A stretch of DNA of 64,000 bases from Tubiluchus corallicola (taxonomy: Eukaryota; Animalia; Priapulida), in contig JAQGDQ010001010.1 in the NCBI GenBank assembly GCA_030141605.1, positions 1 through 64,000 of the forward strand. The letters are read 5' to 3'. Each line of letters begins with the position of its first letter. Position 1 is the stretch's first letter. Shown piece by piece: positions 1 through 13,661 of this stretch. The notes under the pieces are model-generated. The model saw nothing but the letters and a program-made list of their open reading frames with translations, was not told the origin of the DNA and did no database searches. A program made the position numbers and the translations under genes.

Positions 1-510
1 TGAGTGAGAACATACTATACAGTACAGTAATGTGGAATGCAGCTGGCTTCAGATGCTGATTGGCTGGTTAGCGTTACTTGTCATGGAGCAACCCCAATCC
101 CACGGCTGTCAAACTTTTCTACAATGTTTTGCATGACCGTAGTAGTGAAATAAACAGACCTGGGCAACTGCGCTTAGTGCTGAGGTCGGGCGCCAGTCTT
201 GAAAAATAAAGGTGGCAGTGTGCAGCCTTCCGTAGTGAAAGCGTTAACTACCCAAAACAGCATTTATGAAAAAGAAGATGTATAACAAAGAGAAACGAAG
301 AGGAGGAAGTTAACATGACTGACACGTTACTCCGGTTAATTTCAAACTTTGACAGAATCACAGGAAAAATATGTTAACTGTCTTCAGAAACAATAAAAAT
401 AAAAGCTAAAATTTTAGTGAAAGAATTTATCGTTCATAATTTTATTTTAGCTAGCTTAGATATACGCGGAAAGTAGCATCTTTTTAATAATAATAATAAT
501 AATAACAATA

Positions 511-641
511 ATCTTTATTTAAACTCGGCTTTTGGGTGAACAATTAACATTAGCTCAAAGAGCTATTATTGCCGTCTGTAAATAACAACGTACAACTACA
601 TAACAGAGACTATTATTACCCCACTTTTACCCTAAACACCC

Positions 642-642
<1 letters not shown>
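511..642 (-). mobile_element. Duplicated 3' tail of the adjacent tRNA-derived SINE
   Basis: Near copy of about 733-860 (atctttatttaaa...accccacttttaccctaaa), with its own (AAT)n run at 487-512. Confidence 0.75.

Positions 643-735
<93 letters not shown>
642..735. repeat. (AAT)n microsatellite, tail of the SINE
   Basis: Pure taa repeat abutting the SINE 3' end. Confidence 0.95.
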
Positions 736-980
736 CTTTATTTAAAGTCGGTTTTTGGGTCAACAATTAACATTAGCTCAAAGAGCTGTTATTGCCGACT
801 GTAAATAACAACCTACAACTACATAACAGAGACTATTATTACCCCACTTTTACCCTAAATACCATGCGTCAGGCAGGGCAACAGCAGGTACCATTTTTAA
901 AGTCTTTGGTATGACCCAGCCGCTGGTTCGAACTCACGACCTCCAAGACAGAAAGCAGACGCATTACCACTAGACTAAAC
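733..980 (-). mobile_element. tRNA-derived SINE (body resembles the MetaSINE-type core)
   Basis: Minus strand: A-box-like TAGTCTAGTGG, B-box GTTCGAACC, then GGTCATACCAAAGACTTTAAAAATGGTACC core and (TTA)n tail; another 3' fragment at about 26578-26648 (+). Family name is from memory. Confidence 0.75.
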
Positions 981-1138
981 AGTATGGGCTAATTCACAAA
1001 TTATATTATGTTAAATTAAATAATATTTAATTCATAAATCTTGTTTTGGGTAGTAAAGATGCACTCAATTCACTCTTGTTTTATTTACCCACGTAATAAA
1101 ATTCCGAAATGTTTACAGTTGATGATTACACTATTTAC

Positions 1139-1234
1139 CTGGGATGATGACAATTGGTACGTTAAATATGGGATGATTTTCCCAGGACCTGTTGGTCAGT
1201 GGAGCGGGATAAATCCCATCATCCAAATGATTTG
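1139..1234 (-). CDS. POMGNT1: POMGnT1-like coding exon 14 (NHLDDGIYPAPLTNRSWENHPIFNVPIVIIPG); gene continues beyond the window start
   Basis: tttcag acceptor, gtaaat donor, 96 nt, phase 1-1; NVPIVIIPG matches the NVPVAVIAG start of the POMGnT1 catalytic domain. Confidence 0.85.
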
Positions 1235-1384
1235 CTGAAAATATAATAGCAGCTTTGTAAAGAGAGGCAATAAAATACAACCATGTAACAATACAATTTG
1301 ATAGATCAGTACAATCACTTTATTATAAAGACAAGATATTGAAGTGTTCGATAACACCTTCGTTACAAGTGCAAGTTTTTCAAT

Positions 1385-2272
1385 TTTGCTTCAGTATGTA
1401 ATGTTTTCAACAAACTTTTCAATTTGGTTTTAGTAATGAAGGTTTTCAACAAACTTTTCAATTTGGTTTTAGTAATGAAGGTTTTCAACAAATTTTTCAA
1501 TTTGGTTTTAGTAATGAATGTTTTCAACAAACTTTTCAATTTGGTTTTAGTAATGAAGGTTTTCAACAAACTTTTCAATTTGGTTTTAGTAATGAAGGTT
1601 TTCAACAAATTTTTCAATTTGGTTTTAGTAATGAATGTTTTCAATAAACTTTTCAATTTGGTTTTAGTAATGAAGGTTTTCAACAAACTTTTCAATTTGG
1701 TTTTAGTAATGAAGGTTTTCAACAAATTTTTCAATTTGGTTTTAGTAATGAATGTTTTCAACAAATTTTTCAGTTTCGTTTTAGTAATGAATGTTTTCAA
1801 TAAACTTTTCAATTTGGTTTCAGTAATGAAGGTTTTCAACAAATTTTTCAATTTGGTTTTAGTAATGAATGCTTTCAACAAACTTTTCAATTTTGTTTTA
1901 GTAATGAATGTTTTCAAAAAAAATTTCAATTTGGTTTTAGTAATGAATGTTTTCAAAAAACTTTTCAATTTGGTTTTAGTAATGAAGGTTTTCAACAAAC
2001 TTTTCATTTTGCTTTTAGTAATGAATGTTTTCAACAAACTTTTTATTTTGGTTTTAGTAACGAATGTTTTCAACAAATTTTTCAATTTGGTTTTACTAAT
2101 GAATGTTTTCAACAAACTTCTCAGTTTTCTTTTAGTAATCAATGTTTTCAACAAATTTTTCAGTTTTGTTTCAGTAATAAATGTTTTTAACAAATTTTTC
2201 AATTTTGTTTTACTAATGAATGTTTTCAACAAATTTTTCAATTTTGTTTCAAAAACTAATGTTTTCAACAAA
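1385..2272. repeat. 39-bp minisatellite, about 23 copies, intronic
   Basis: Unit ttttcaacaaacttttcaatttggttttagtaatgaa(g/t)g; explains the spurious ORFs 1363-2283 and 1424-2578. Confidence 0.95.
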
Positions 2273-2448
2273 TGTACTGTCACTGTGTTTGTAAACTGTG
2301 GTGTTGTGGGTTGTTGTGGTGGGGGGTTGGGGGGGGGTTTGGGTGGGTTGGGGTGGGTTTTTTTTTGGTTTGTTTGTGGTGTTTTGTTTTGTGATCATGT
2401 AATACCACATACATACAATGGAACACACATACAACAACATACACTTAC

Positions 2449-2547
2449 GTTCACAAAATTCGCCGTATCCGTCGTGTTTATCGCAGAATTCTCGTTTTGC
2501 TTTATTTCGGATTATGAGCGGGTCCGGCTTCACAGCCTGACCTATAA
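2449..2547 (-). CDS. POMGNT1: POMGnT1-like exon 13 (IIGQAVKPDPLIIRNKAKREFCDKHDGYGEFCE)
   Basis: ttttttgtacag acceptor (alternative tag 6 nt downstream), gtaagt donor, phase 1-1; REFCDKHDGYGEFC matches POMGnT1 RRFCSKVEGYGSVC. Confidence 0.88.
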
Positions 2548-2664
2548 CTGTACAAAAAATAAAAGATTCACAATTTAATGCAAAGAACACGATTTCATAA
2601 ACGGTTAAAGAAGTCGAAGTGCCTTTTAGGTCTCAAAAAGTTCTTTGTTTTTCTTTGATAGTAT

Positions 2665-2752
2665 GATAACGATAACAACAACAACAACAATAATAGTAGT
2701 GGTGGTGGTGGTGGTAGTGGTGGTGGTGGTGGTGGTGGTGGTGGTGGTGGTG

Positions 2753-2815
<63 letters not shown>

Positions 2816-2829
2816 ATAATAATAATAAC

Positions 2830-2863
<34 letters not shown>

Positions 2864-2905
2864 TTAATAACAACAATAATAATAATAGTAATAATAATAA
2901 TAATA
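2665..2905. repeat. Compound trinucleotide microsatellite (AAC/GGT/AGT/AAT)
   Basis: Seen directly in sequence. Confidence 0.95.
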
Positions 2906-3302
2906 AATACACTATAAATAATAAATATTTTCTTCAAAGATGCTGTGTACAATTAAAAATGTTTAGATAAAATACTAAAACACTATAAAAAAATGGACCT
3001 ATCTATAAAAAAAATGTGTAAAACAGTGACTACTTATACATTAAAACACATTGCGTAGAGATTGCAGTTTCCCTTTAAAAGAATTTAAATAAGTTCTAAT
3101 TTCAATTGATAGCTTAATCCAAACACTTTGGCTCAAAGCCTAAATCAGCGAACACTTTCCGTTTATTAAAAGTTCTATTTGCTTTGCGAACTCGTATGTC
3201 CCTGTTATAAACTCGAAATTGTAGACAATCAGCCGAGCAAGCTGCAGCCAGTCATTTCTCATTTAATTGCAAAATAAATAAACAAATAAATAAGTCACTC
3301 AC

Positions 3303-3369
3303 TTCTTTGCTCCATGCAGAATTTTGTGTCAATTGGTGTACCCCAATTGCTGCCTGCTGGATATTCCAA
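3303..3369 (-). CDS. POMGNT1: POMGnT1-like exon 12 (LEYPAGSNWGTPIDTKFCMEQR), end of ILEI domain 2
   Basis: ttttacag / gtgagt, 67 nt, phase 0-1 fits both neighbours; WG.PI motif. Confidence 0.85.
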
Positions 3370-3438
3370 CTGTAAAATCACCAAGTGCTACTATTAAGTA
3401 TAAAAAATTCTTTGTATATATATATAAGTAAAATCACT

Positions 3439-3792
3439 TCAAAGTGAAATGCTTCAAAGACAGCCTGAAGGCCTCACTCAAGGAGCTCAGCATGGATATC
3501 CGCTCAATGGAAACCCTTGCACAAGATCGCTCAGCGTGGCGGCGTGCCATCACCACAGGGGCTAAGACAGCAGAGGCGAAAAGAATTGAGGAAGGAGAGG
3601 AGACGCAAGGCATGTGACACTGCCCAACAACTTGTACAAACACCCAGCCTCACATGTGCCAAATGCCAAAGTTTCCAGGCCAGAATTGGCCTAGTCAGTC
3701 ACCTTCGAGCTCATCAAAGATATGACAACCCCCCAAACTGACGTTTTATCCCTGTCACTATGGTCATCTTCGATTCGAAGGACAAACATCAT
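3439..3792 (+). mobile_element. RTE-clade LINE 3' fragment with 14-bp TSD
   Basis: FKDSLKASLK..ETLAQDRSAWR and C2H2-like CAKC..RIGLVSHLRAH; TSD taagtaaaatcact at 3425-3438 and 3793-3806. Confidence 0.85.
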
Positions 3793-4069
3793 TAAGTAAA
3801 ATCACTATCAATTGTCCACATCTCTAGTAAAAAATACTCTACTTTTGTAAGAATTGTAATGGTTTTTGCAATCGCAATGTAACAAGTAATTTTGTTAACG
3901 AACAGACAGATAATTACTGAATAATTTTTAGAATCAAATTTGTCCTAAAGGCAGGACACTTGAAATGACTGACGTGCACCTGGATTTGAACCGGGGTTTT
4001 TCGGAATACAAGTGGGTGCAACGACTACTAGATTATTCATTCCCAAGGCATTCTTGATATTACAGTACA

Positions 4070-6096
4070 TGTTCATATAGTGTTGATATTACACTACTTA
4101 CGTGTTCATATAGTGTTGATATTACACTACTTACGCATTCATATAGTGTTGATATTACACTACTTACGTGTTCATATATTGTTGATATTACACTACTTAC
4201 GCGTTCATATAGTGTTGATATTACACTACTTACGCGTTCATATAGTGTTGATATTACACTACTTACGCATTCATATAGTGTTGATATTACACTACTTACG
4301 TGTTCATATAGTGTTGATATTACACTACTTACGTGTTCATATATTGTTGATATTACACTACTTACGCATTCATATAGTGTTGATATTACACTACTTACGT
4401 GTTCCTATATTGTTGATATTACACTACTTATGCATTCCTATATTGTTGATATTACACTACTTATGCATTCCTATATTGTTGATATTACACTACTTACGTG
4501 TTCATATATTGTTGATATTACACTACTTACGCATTCATATAGTGTTGATATTACACTACTTACGCATTCATATAGTGTTGATATTACACTACTTACGCAT
4601 TCATATAGTGTTGATATTACACTACTTACGTGTTCCTATATTGTTGATATTACACTACTTACGTGTTCATATAGTGTTGATATTACACTACTTACGTGTT
4701 CATATAGTGTTGATATTACACTACTTACGCATTCATATAGTGTTGATATTACACTACTTACGTGTTCCTATATTGTTGATATTACACTACTTACGTGTTC
4801 CTATAGTGTTGATATTACACTACTTATGCATTCCTATATTGTTGATATTGCACTACTTACGTGTTCCTATATTGTTGATATTACACTACTTATGCATTCC
4901 TATAGTGTTGATATTACACTACTTACGCATTCATATAGTGTTGATATTACACTACTTACGCGTTCATATAGTGTTGATATTACACTACTTACGCATTCAT
5001 ATAGTGTTGATATTACACTACTTACGCGTTCATATAGTGTTGATATTACACTACTTACGTGTTCATATAGTGTTGATATTACACTACTTACGTGTTCATA
5101 TAGTGTTGATATTACACTACTTACGCATTCATATAGTGTTGATATTACACTACTTACGTGCTCATATAATGTTGATATTACACTACTTACGTGCTCATAT
5201 AGTGTTGATATTACACTACTTACGTGCTCATATCGTGTTGATATTACACTACTTACGTGCTCATATATTGTTGATATTACACTACTTACGTGTTCATACA
5301 GTGCTGATATTACACTACTTACGTGTTCATATAGTGTTGATATTACACTACTTACGTGTTCATATAGTGTTGATATTACACTACTTACGTGTTCATATAG
5401 TGCTGATATTACACTACTTACGTGTTCATATCGTGTTGATATTACACTACTTACGTGTTCATATAGTGTTGATATTACACTACTTACGTGTTCATATAGT
5501 GTTGATATTACACTACTTACGTGTTCATATCGTGTTGATATTACACTACTTACGTGTTCATATATTGTTGATATTACACTACTTACGTGCTCATATAGTG
5601 TTGATATTACACTACTTACGTGTTCATATAGTGCTGATATTACACTACTTACGTGTTCATATCGTGTTGATATTACACTACTTACGTGTTCATATATTGT
5701 TGATATTACACTACTTACGTGTTCATATAGTGTTGATATTACACTACTTACGTGTTCATATAGTGTTGATATTACACTACTTACGCGTTCATATAGTGTT
5801 GATATTACACTACTTACGTGTTCATATAGTGTTGATATTACACTACTTACGCGTTCATATAGTGTTGATATTACACTACTTACGCATTCATATATTGTTG
5901 ATATTACACTACTTACGTGTTCATATAGTGTTGATATTACACTACTTACGCGTTCATATAGTGTTGATATTACACTACTTACGTGCTCATATAGTGTTGA
6001 TATTACACTACTTACGTGTTCATATAGTGTTGATATTACACTACTTACGTGTTCATATAGTGTTGATATTACACTACTTACGTGCTCATATCGTGT
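4070..6096. repeat. 33-bp minisatellite, about 61 copies, containing the exon-11 3' end and splice donor
   Basis: Plus-strand unit catatagtgttgatattacactacttacgtgtt; minus strand TATGAACAC|GTAAGTAGTGTAATATCAACACTA. Confidence 0.97.
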
Positions 6097-6208
6097 GAAC
6101 CCATTGATACCCTTCATTCCCACCATGAACCACTGAGAGCGAAACTGAATGTTTTGGATCTGCGAACTTCCCAAGTCATTCAGTAGACTTTTAGCATAGT
6201 CCGACAAC
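6082..6208 (-). CDS. POMGNT1: POMGnT1-like exon 11 (LSDYAKSLLNDLGSSQIQNIQFRSQWFMVGMKGINGFTRYEH)
   Basis: ctcag / gtaagt, 127 nt, phase 2-0; ILEI motif LGS..I..I.FR..W.MVG.KG. Confidence 0.9.
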
Positions 6209-6788
6209 CTGAGCACACAAGAAACATTAGTATAATTACCATGACTAAAATGGTACGACTTGACTGTGAATTTCCATGATCTCAAAAGAGAGAACTAAAG
6301 CAAAGACCAAGTCATTCTAGGAGGTTATGTTCAAAAAAAATGTTAGAAGGATTTAATAATAAAACTGCAATAAGCGCCTCGTGTAACTAGTAAAATCACT
6401 TTAAAGTCGTGATCACTTCATGCTTGGGCGCTCCCATTTTCAATGCCCGTTCTTCTTCCAATGACGTCATTTGTCTTGAAGAAAAGTAGTGGACTGTTAA
6501 TCTTTCATCAAAAGTATAATAAATTTTTACAAAAAAAGGTAGCAAATCTTGTAATATTTTTCCATGAATATTAGATAAACTGCAGAAGTTTGATTAGTTT
6601 AAGCAGCGCGCGCTTTTACGGAAAACCACGATGCAGTTAAGGAAAGACACGAAATCTCCCAGTTACGTCATGATTTTCAAGTGAATGGCGGCAACCACCA
6701 CACCTGGAAATCCCTATTCAGAGGTAGTATATGTTAGACTCATGCTTTATAAGCAGTTCTTTGCTAATTTCCTTGTGATAGTTTTCTA

Positions 6789-6988
6789 AGTTTAAGTGAT
6801 AACAGTAAAATGAACCCAACATACTGAGTGACTTGTTCTTTCCTTTATCACACCACAAACAGTTTAAGTGATAACAGTAAAATGAACCCAACATGCTGAG
6901 TGACTTCTTCTTTCCTTTAGCACACCACAAACAGTTTAAGTGATAACAGTAAAATGAACCCAACATATAGAGTGACTTGTTCTTTCAT
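6789..6988. repeat. 72-bp tandem repeat, about 2.8 copies
   Basis: agtttaagtgataacagtaaaatgaacccaacat starts at 6789, 6861 and 6933. Confidence 0.9.
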
Positions 6989-7705
6989 TTAAACTATGAG
7001 CAAACTTTAGAGGGAGGTATTTAATCCTCTTCAGGGTGCAGACTCTGTCACCACACATCAATACCAAAAATACAAAGAATTTGCTTCCATGAACTATACC
7101 TGTTAAGGCACTCAGTATCTGGCACATGAGTCACACCATGAAACTAGGATTGTAGCTGCAATACTGAAACTAGCAAAGGCCCGGCAAAAAATTTTGCGTA
7201 TAAATACACTTATAATCAATAATACGCGAACATCCTACACAGTCCTCACTTATAACGCAAAGCCAGCAGCAGCAGCTTTTACTGAATTAAAGTTATAAGA
7301 TTATAGACAGAGTATAATGGATGACGTCAGAACAATGGCTTTGCGTCAGCAGTTTTCCAAGCGAAAATTACCGAAAATAGAACATCTAATTAACTCGTCG
7401 TCACTCGTCTTGGTGGACGTGCCCTAAAATATAGCCCACATCATCGTGTGTACTATATATAATATTTTTCACAAAATTGGCTTCGACAAAAAGCTACTCG
7501 GACAAAAGAAACAGAGTTTATAATTCCAAATGAAAGTGCCGAAAGACACAAATACAGCCCTGTTTGAAACAGATCCAAATTGACAATGTAATAAGTAGAC
7601 TTAATGAGCTACATTAACTGCTGGATGACTAACAGTCGAATAATGTGGATGATGATAACGATACCGATGAAAAATGGAAATGCGGAACGATGCAAAGCTA
7701 CTTAC

Positions 7706-7790
7706 TTTTTTGAGCAGTCGTCGAAATTCACTATGATTATGATTTCACCCTGTTTCATCGATTCTAAGAAAATCTCCAAAGTTGTGCTAT
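7706..7790 (-). CDS. POMGNT1: POMGnT1-like exon 10 (DSTTLEIFLESMKQGEIIIIVNFDDCSKK)
   Basis: ctttcag / gtaagt, 85 nt, phase 1-2; ILEI L..FL....G.I......DD motif. Confidence 0.9.
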
Positions 7791-7834
7791 CTGAAAGGAC
7801 AAAAACAACATTTATTTACCATCGCTCGGTTACA

Positions 7835-8170
7835 ATGGCGTATTAACCAATAGGTTAACTGGGCTATAGCCTAGGGCACCCAAATTTTGAGGGCGTCACA
7901 TTTCAGAAAAAATTCTATTCTCCTCGGAAAACGTGTACACTTCATGTAACGAGTGCACTTTATAACACACCACAGGCAGTTATTGAGCACAGCTTTCATA
8001 TAACTGCCGAGTAATGAACAGGAGCAAGGAATTACAGCTTGCTTAAGTATAACAGCTATGCAAACATACGTAATTAATAATGACCACATAGAAACTAGGT
8101 TAATAGTGTTTCTAATACACCACAAGTAACTGTTTGATCTGCTCGTTACGTAAGAAATCATAAATTTACA
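7835..8170. mobile_element. Dispersed non-autonomous DNA-element fragment; inverted copy at about 47770-48135
   Basis: Reverse-complement similarity, e.g. ggctatagcctag and TINLVS..IPC.CSL.GSY in both spurious ORFs. Confidence 0.7.
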
Positions 8171-8851
8171 ACAAATGTAATTTAATCTAAGCCTTCATTT
8201 AAAAAAAGCTATTGTAGTTTTCAATAGTTTAGAGCATTCTTTATTCTGAACAAATGTTTACACAACAGTCTGCTTTTCCTTTAACAAATTATCTTAATAA
8301 GGGCAAACTGACATTTTAAAAAATTATTGAACAACGAATGAAAATCAGTTAGCAGCTGGAAGGGTTTTGTCTGTGACAACAGAATGCGATTCCTTCTCAG
8401 AGATGAAGAACACCTCAAAAATGTACATTTGCATAGGTGTTACAGTACTGCTTAAGCGCATGATGTCACGAAAAATGGTCTTTACTTCGTATGACGTCAG
8501 AACCTAACACAGCAGTTCATGATCATGCTTATCACGGTACCGTCTTGTATCTGTCTGCCACGCGAATGTGACAAAAAGGCGCCGCTGCCAATCTTAGTAC
8601 ATTCACTGGGACATGCATAGCTTTGAAAGTTTAACGAAATTTGAGTATCCGAGGTAATTATTATTTAATCTAAGCTTTGATTTAAAAAAAGCTATTGTAG
8701 TTTTCAATATTTTAGAGCATTCTTTGTTCTGAATTAATGTTCACACAATCATCCGGTTTTCGTTTAAGAAATGAGTATCAACTGTTTTGCAGTGTCTCAT
8801 ACAAATTGAACTGTAGTGTAATTTCAGTTTACACGTTTTGCAAATACCCAC

Positions 8852-8961
8852 CTTTTGCGTACGTATCAAAATGAGCAACCCTCAATGCCTCTTTTCTAGT
8901 ACCGTTTATGGTAACCATGTTTAATCCACGACCAGCATCATTAACATTTTTTGATATCACA
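8852..8961 (-). CDS. POMGNT1: POMGnT1-like exon 9 (VISKNVNDAGRGLNMVTINGTRKEALRVAHFDTYAK)
   Basis: tttcag / gtgggt, 110 nt, phase 2-1; GRG.N and FDTY ILEI motifs. Confidence 0.92.
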
Positions 8962-9535
8962 CTGAAATGAAATACGTAAGTTTATTTTGTTTTGAGTACA
9001 AAATTTTTTTTAGCCAAGCATAGAAGTTACAGATATTATTAGATATTTCAGGGTTCTCACAGAATCTTAAAATAAATTTCCCTGACTTTTCCCTGACCAA
9101 ATATTGTTCTCTGAACTCTGTTCAGTAGACAGAAGGCGATCAACAAAATTATGTGTACAATCACGCAAATGTACACCAGACTCAGCTACTCAAAAGGTCA
9201 AGTTGGAGTGCCTGAAAAGGGCGTGTTTTTCTTAATTTTATCCAATTAAATCACTTATAAATGTTTAAACACATAGCATGATTGGATAGGCGAAGTTCTA
9301 CTAAATGGAAACGTGCCTCATTTGTAATCATTTAGTTATGTCTGTGCTCAAACAGCAGCAGAAAAGTCATAGCCTCTCATAGCTCTTATAAGACCTATTT
9401 TAAATGGTGCGGCCATGAAAGAGCTAAAACACAACTTACGTAATAAGACACTTAAAAAAAACCCACATACTGAGAACTTGCTGTACATGTTAAACAATTT
9501 TCAATTAAATTAAATTCAATTTTATTATCTCAATA

Positions 9536-10035
9536 CAGTGGACTCTTGTTACAAGAATCACACGTATAAGAATCAGCTTGATATAAGAATCAAAATCACG
9601 TTTCCCGAATTGAATCGGCATTTTCCTAGTGAAAATCCACTCGTATAAGAATCACCCTTCCTTCGATAGTAGAATTTTGGCGCCAACTCCATTGTCTCTC
9701 ACGCCCTGCTTACATGGTTCTGCGCAGTGGGCGTGGCGGACACCACAGAGATTTCAAATTTGTTTGTTTGCGTGTCAGTCAGTTGAAAAATGGCATCCAA
9801 ACGGAAAAGCGGAAGTGTGAAAAGGTGAAAATCATCTTATGACGCGCTTCCTAGGAATTTTTAGGTCCTTTATAGGCCAGAAAAACATTATGCTGTTTCA
9901 TGTCGTTTCTAGCGTAATTTCGGGAAATAAATAATTTTATGTGCATAAAAAAATTTTAAAGCAATTCTGGGTCATGGTCATTATAAGAATCACTTTGCCT
10001 TCTCCCGAGATGATTCTTATAACGAGAGTCCACTG
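9536..10035. mobile_element. Tc1/pogo-type MITE with TA duplication
   Basis: TIRs cagtggactcttgttacaagaatc / gattcttataacgagagtccactg, TA on both sides; uninterrupted paralogous site at about 13260-13380. Confidence 0.9.
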
Positions 10036-10154
10036 TAGCAGTTAAAATTCGTCATAATTATTTTTACATTTCATTGCAACTGGGAAGGAGCAGCGAAAGA
10101 CCAATTGGTCACTTGGTCAGCTTAAACAGACTTACGTAATAATAAGATACTTAC

Positions 10155-10338
10155 TATTTTCCATTGACACATATTTTAGGTTCGTCGTTATGGTCCTTCC
10201 CTGAGTAAATATGCACAGGTATCTCGTTAGCCTTGCAACCCGTTAACCCGCACATGTCGACGACGGAGTCGACGGCAATTGCTCCCTTCTCGCTGATCTG
10301 CTTTGGAGCCAAGGAAACAGTCTTCAACAGCTTCCCCA
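10155..10338 (-). CDS. POMGNT1: POMGnT1-like exon 8 (MGKLLK...CGLTGCKANEIPVHIYSGKDHNDEPKICVNGK), start of ILEI domain 2
   Basis: tttttccag / gtaagt, 184 nt, phase 1-2; FAM3-type CG...C...SG.....PKIC. Confidence 0.92.
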
Positions 10339-11289
10339 CTGGAAAAAGGGCAAATTATCGTTAGGTAAATAAAACAGCCTCAAATCCAAGGAGTTACTAT
10401 CTATGGTCAATAGAGTTAAAGTACAAAAGAAATCCTCCACTTACATAAAGTTAAAAAATTCATTTTGAAATTTTATATCACTTACAAGCTGCCTTTTTGC
10501 ATACAAGGCTTGCGTCGGCAGTAACGTTGCATAAAACATGTAATTTAAACTCCCGCGATGACCGTTAGACGCAGCCATTTTAACGACTAGTTATTTGAAA
10601 CAAGCTAAGATAACATTGTGTAAAGACTGAAAAAATAAACCAAAAAACCATAGTGGAAGAGTATCACGACGGTGCATAATTCCTCAGAGAAGCAGCCCCG
10701 AAAGATGAAAAATCCAAGACAACATTGTACACCTTGATACTTTAATAGAATGCAAATCGCAGAAAATGCACTGGACATGAAATAAAAGTCACACAAATAT
10801 ATTAGCAGGTAAAAACATACATTGAAAAAATGAGTTTAAATTATTTCGTTAACGATGTTAAATTGTTAAATTATTTTATAATTTATCCATAATAATGTAG
10901 CTCCTACGGTTCAGTCTCTTAGGCGCTTTAAGCCCATTCACAACAGAAATTGAAAATGATAAGTAATGACGTCATTTCCGTCAACTGCCCCACAAATGTA
11001 AGAAAAAAAAACGAACCGAAAAGAATGCAACTTGCTTAAAGCCCAAGAAGTAAATTATTATGTCCATGCCTGCAGTAACAAACAAAAAAAATTTTTACAC
11101 TTTAAAGCCAAACAAATTTATTTGCATTTTTGTAACCAAAAACAAACAAACAGCAAAAATAGATACTGTACATGTACTTTAACAAGTTACATGTTTAAAC
11201 TAATTGTTCAAACAGTCCTGTAATCAGTACAGGATATCAACAATCCTTATTACTATCCCTATACAATCAATTATTTACAAAAGTGCCAC

Positions 11290-12583
<1,294 letters not shown>

Positions 12584-13661
12584 GAGTTTATTTCGTATAA
12601 AAATATACAGTTTACAAAGATAAAGATGTTAGTAAAACAGGTAAGGCGATGTTAGTAAAGTAACATATCTACAGACATTCAACTTTATAATAACAACTCA
12701 TTGTAGTTCACTTGTAATTATATTGCAGTATACAGTGTTGTAAGAAACTATAATAGGTATCTTAAAACATAGTCTTTAAATTAGTTCTTAACCTTTAATT
12801 TTACATTTTCGTTTAGATCTACAGTACAACCATATTTGAATCTTAAATTTACTTGACTGTTATTTACATAGTAGCATGGCTTTGGAATTCTCAATGTGAG
12901 GTTATTCAGCACCTATAGGTATATTGCACGTTATAATTAGAATACATTATCTTACAGTAAACATTTCTTTCACTGTGTATCAAGTAAACAGGCATTTGGC
13001 AATGAGCCAATTACTATATAAGGCAAGTCTTTAACCAGGTGATACTTAGCAGTTTCAGTGTTTGTGTTGAAATCGATTACAACGATCTGTCAACTGTTTC
13101 CGATACAATGATTTAGAAAAGGGCGATATCTCCAGATTTATAATAATTTCTTTTTAAAGTGCTTACGCGTATTGGGGTAAAAAGAGAGAACCACAGATTT
13201 TAATTGGGGATGCTTCTATTTTAAACTGAAGTGAACCGTTCGAGGCAGCATGTGTTAAAATTCAATTCAATTCAATTTCAATTTTCTCAATAGCAGCTAA
13301 AATTCGTCATAATTATTGTTACATTTCATTGCAGCTGAGAAGGAGCAGCGAAAGACCTATTGGTCACTTGGTCAGCTGCCCATTTATTAAAAATCCAAGT
13401 TTACTCACAGGCTCATGACATTTTTTAGGTGTTTGTGTATGTATAAAAGGCAAAAGCAACAATAAAAGCAAACACATCAGGCTTAAAAAAGCAAACAGTA
13501 CATATGCCTACATTGTATTCACCTTTTGACATTGTGTAACCTATATGCTGGTATTAATATAATCACCGATGCCAAATTGCATAGAGTTTGCACAAGTTTG
13601 TTTTATGTACATTATAACATTATTTTTATTACGCCTCGTGTTTACATAAAACAGCAACGAA

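Noticed and set aside
900-980. tRNA gene (also a weak tRNA-like stretch at about 3975-4040)
   Set aside because: No complete cloverleaf; runs directly into a SINE body and tail
2298-2392. G/T-only tract (a similar one at about 62888-62968 interrupts the 83-bp array)
   Set aside because: Aperiodic low-complexity sequence; could be a consensus artefact or slippage product, not telomeric, and cannot be judged without reads
4070-6096. CRISPR-like array (33-bp period); also considered for the 39-, 49- and 83-bp arrays
   Set aside because: Units are head-to-tail with no unique spacers, there are no cas genes, and the context is a eukaryotic intron
4080-6136. 672-aa and 568-aa plus-strand ORFs
   Set aside because: Translations of the 33-bp repeat, antisense to the host gene, with no start context or unique sequence
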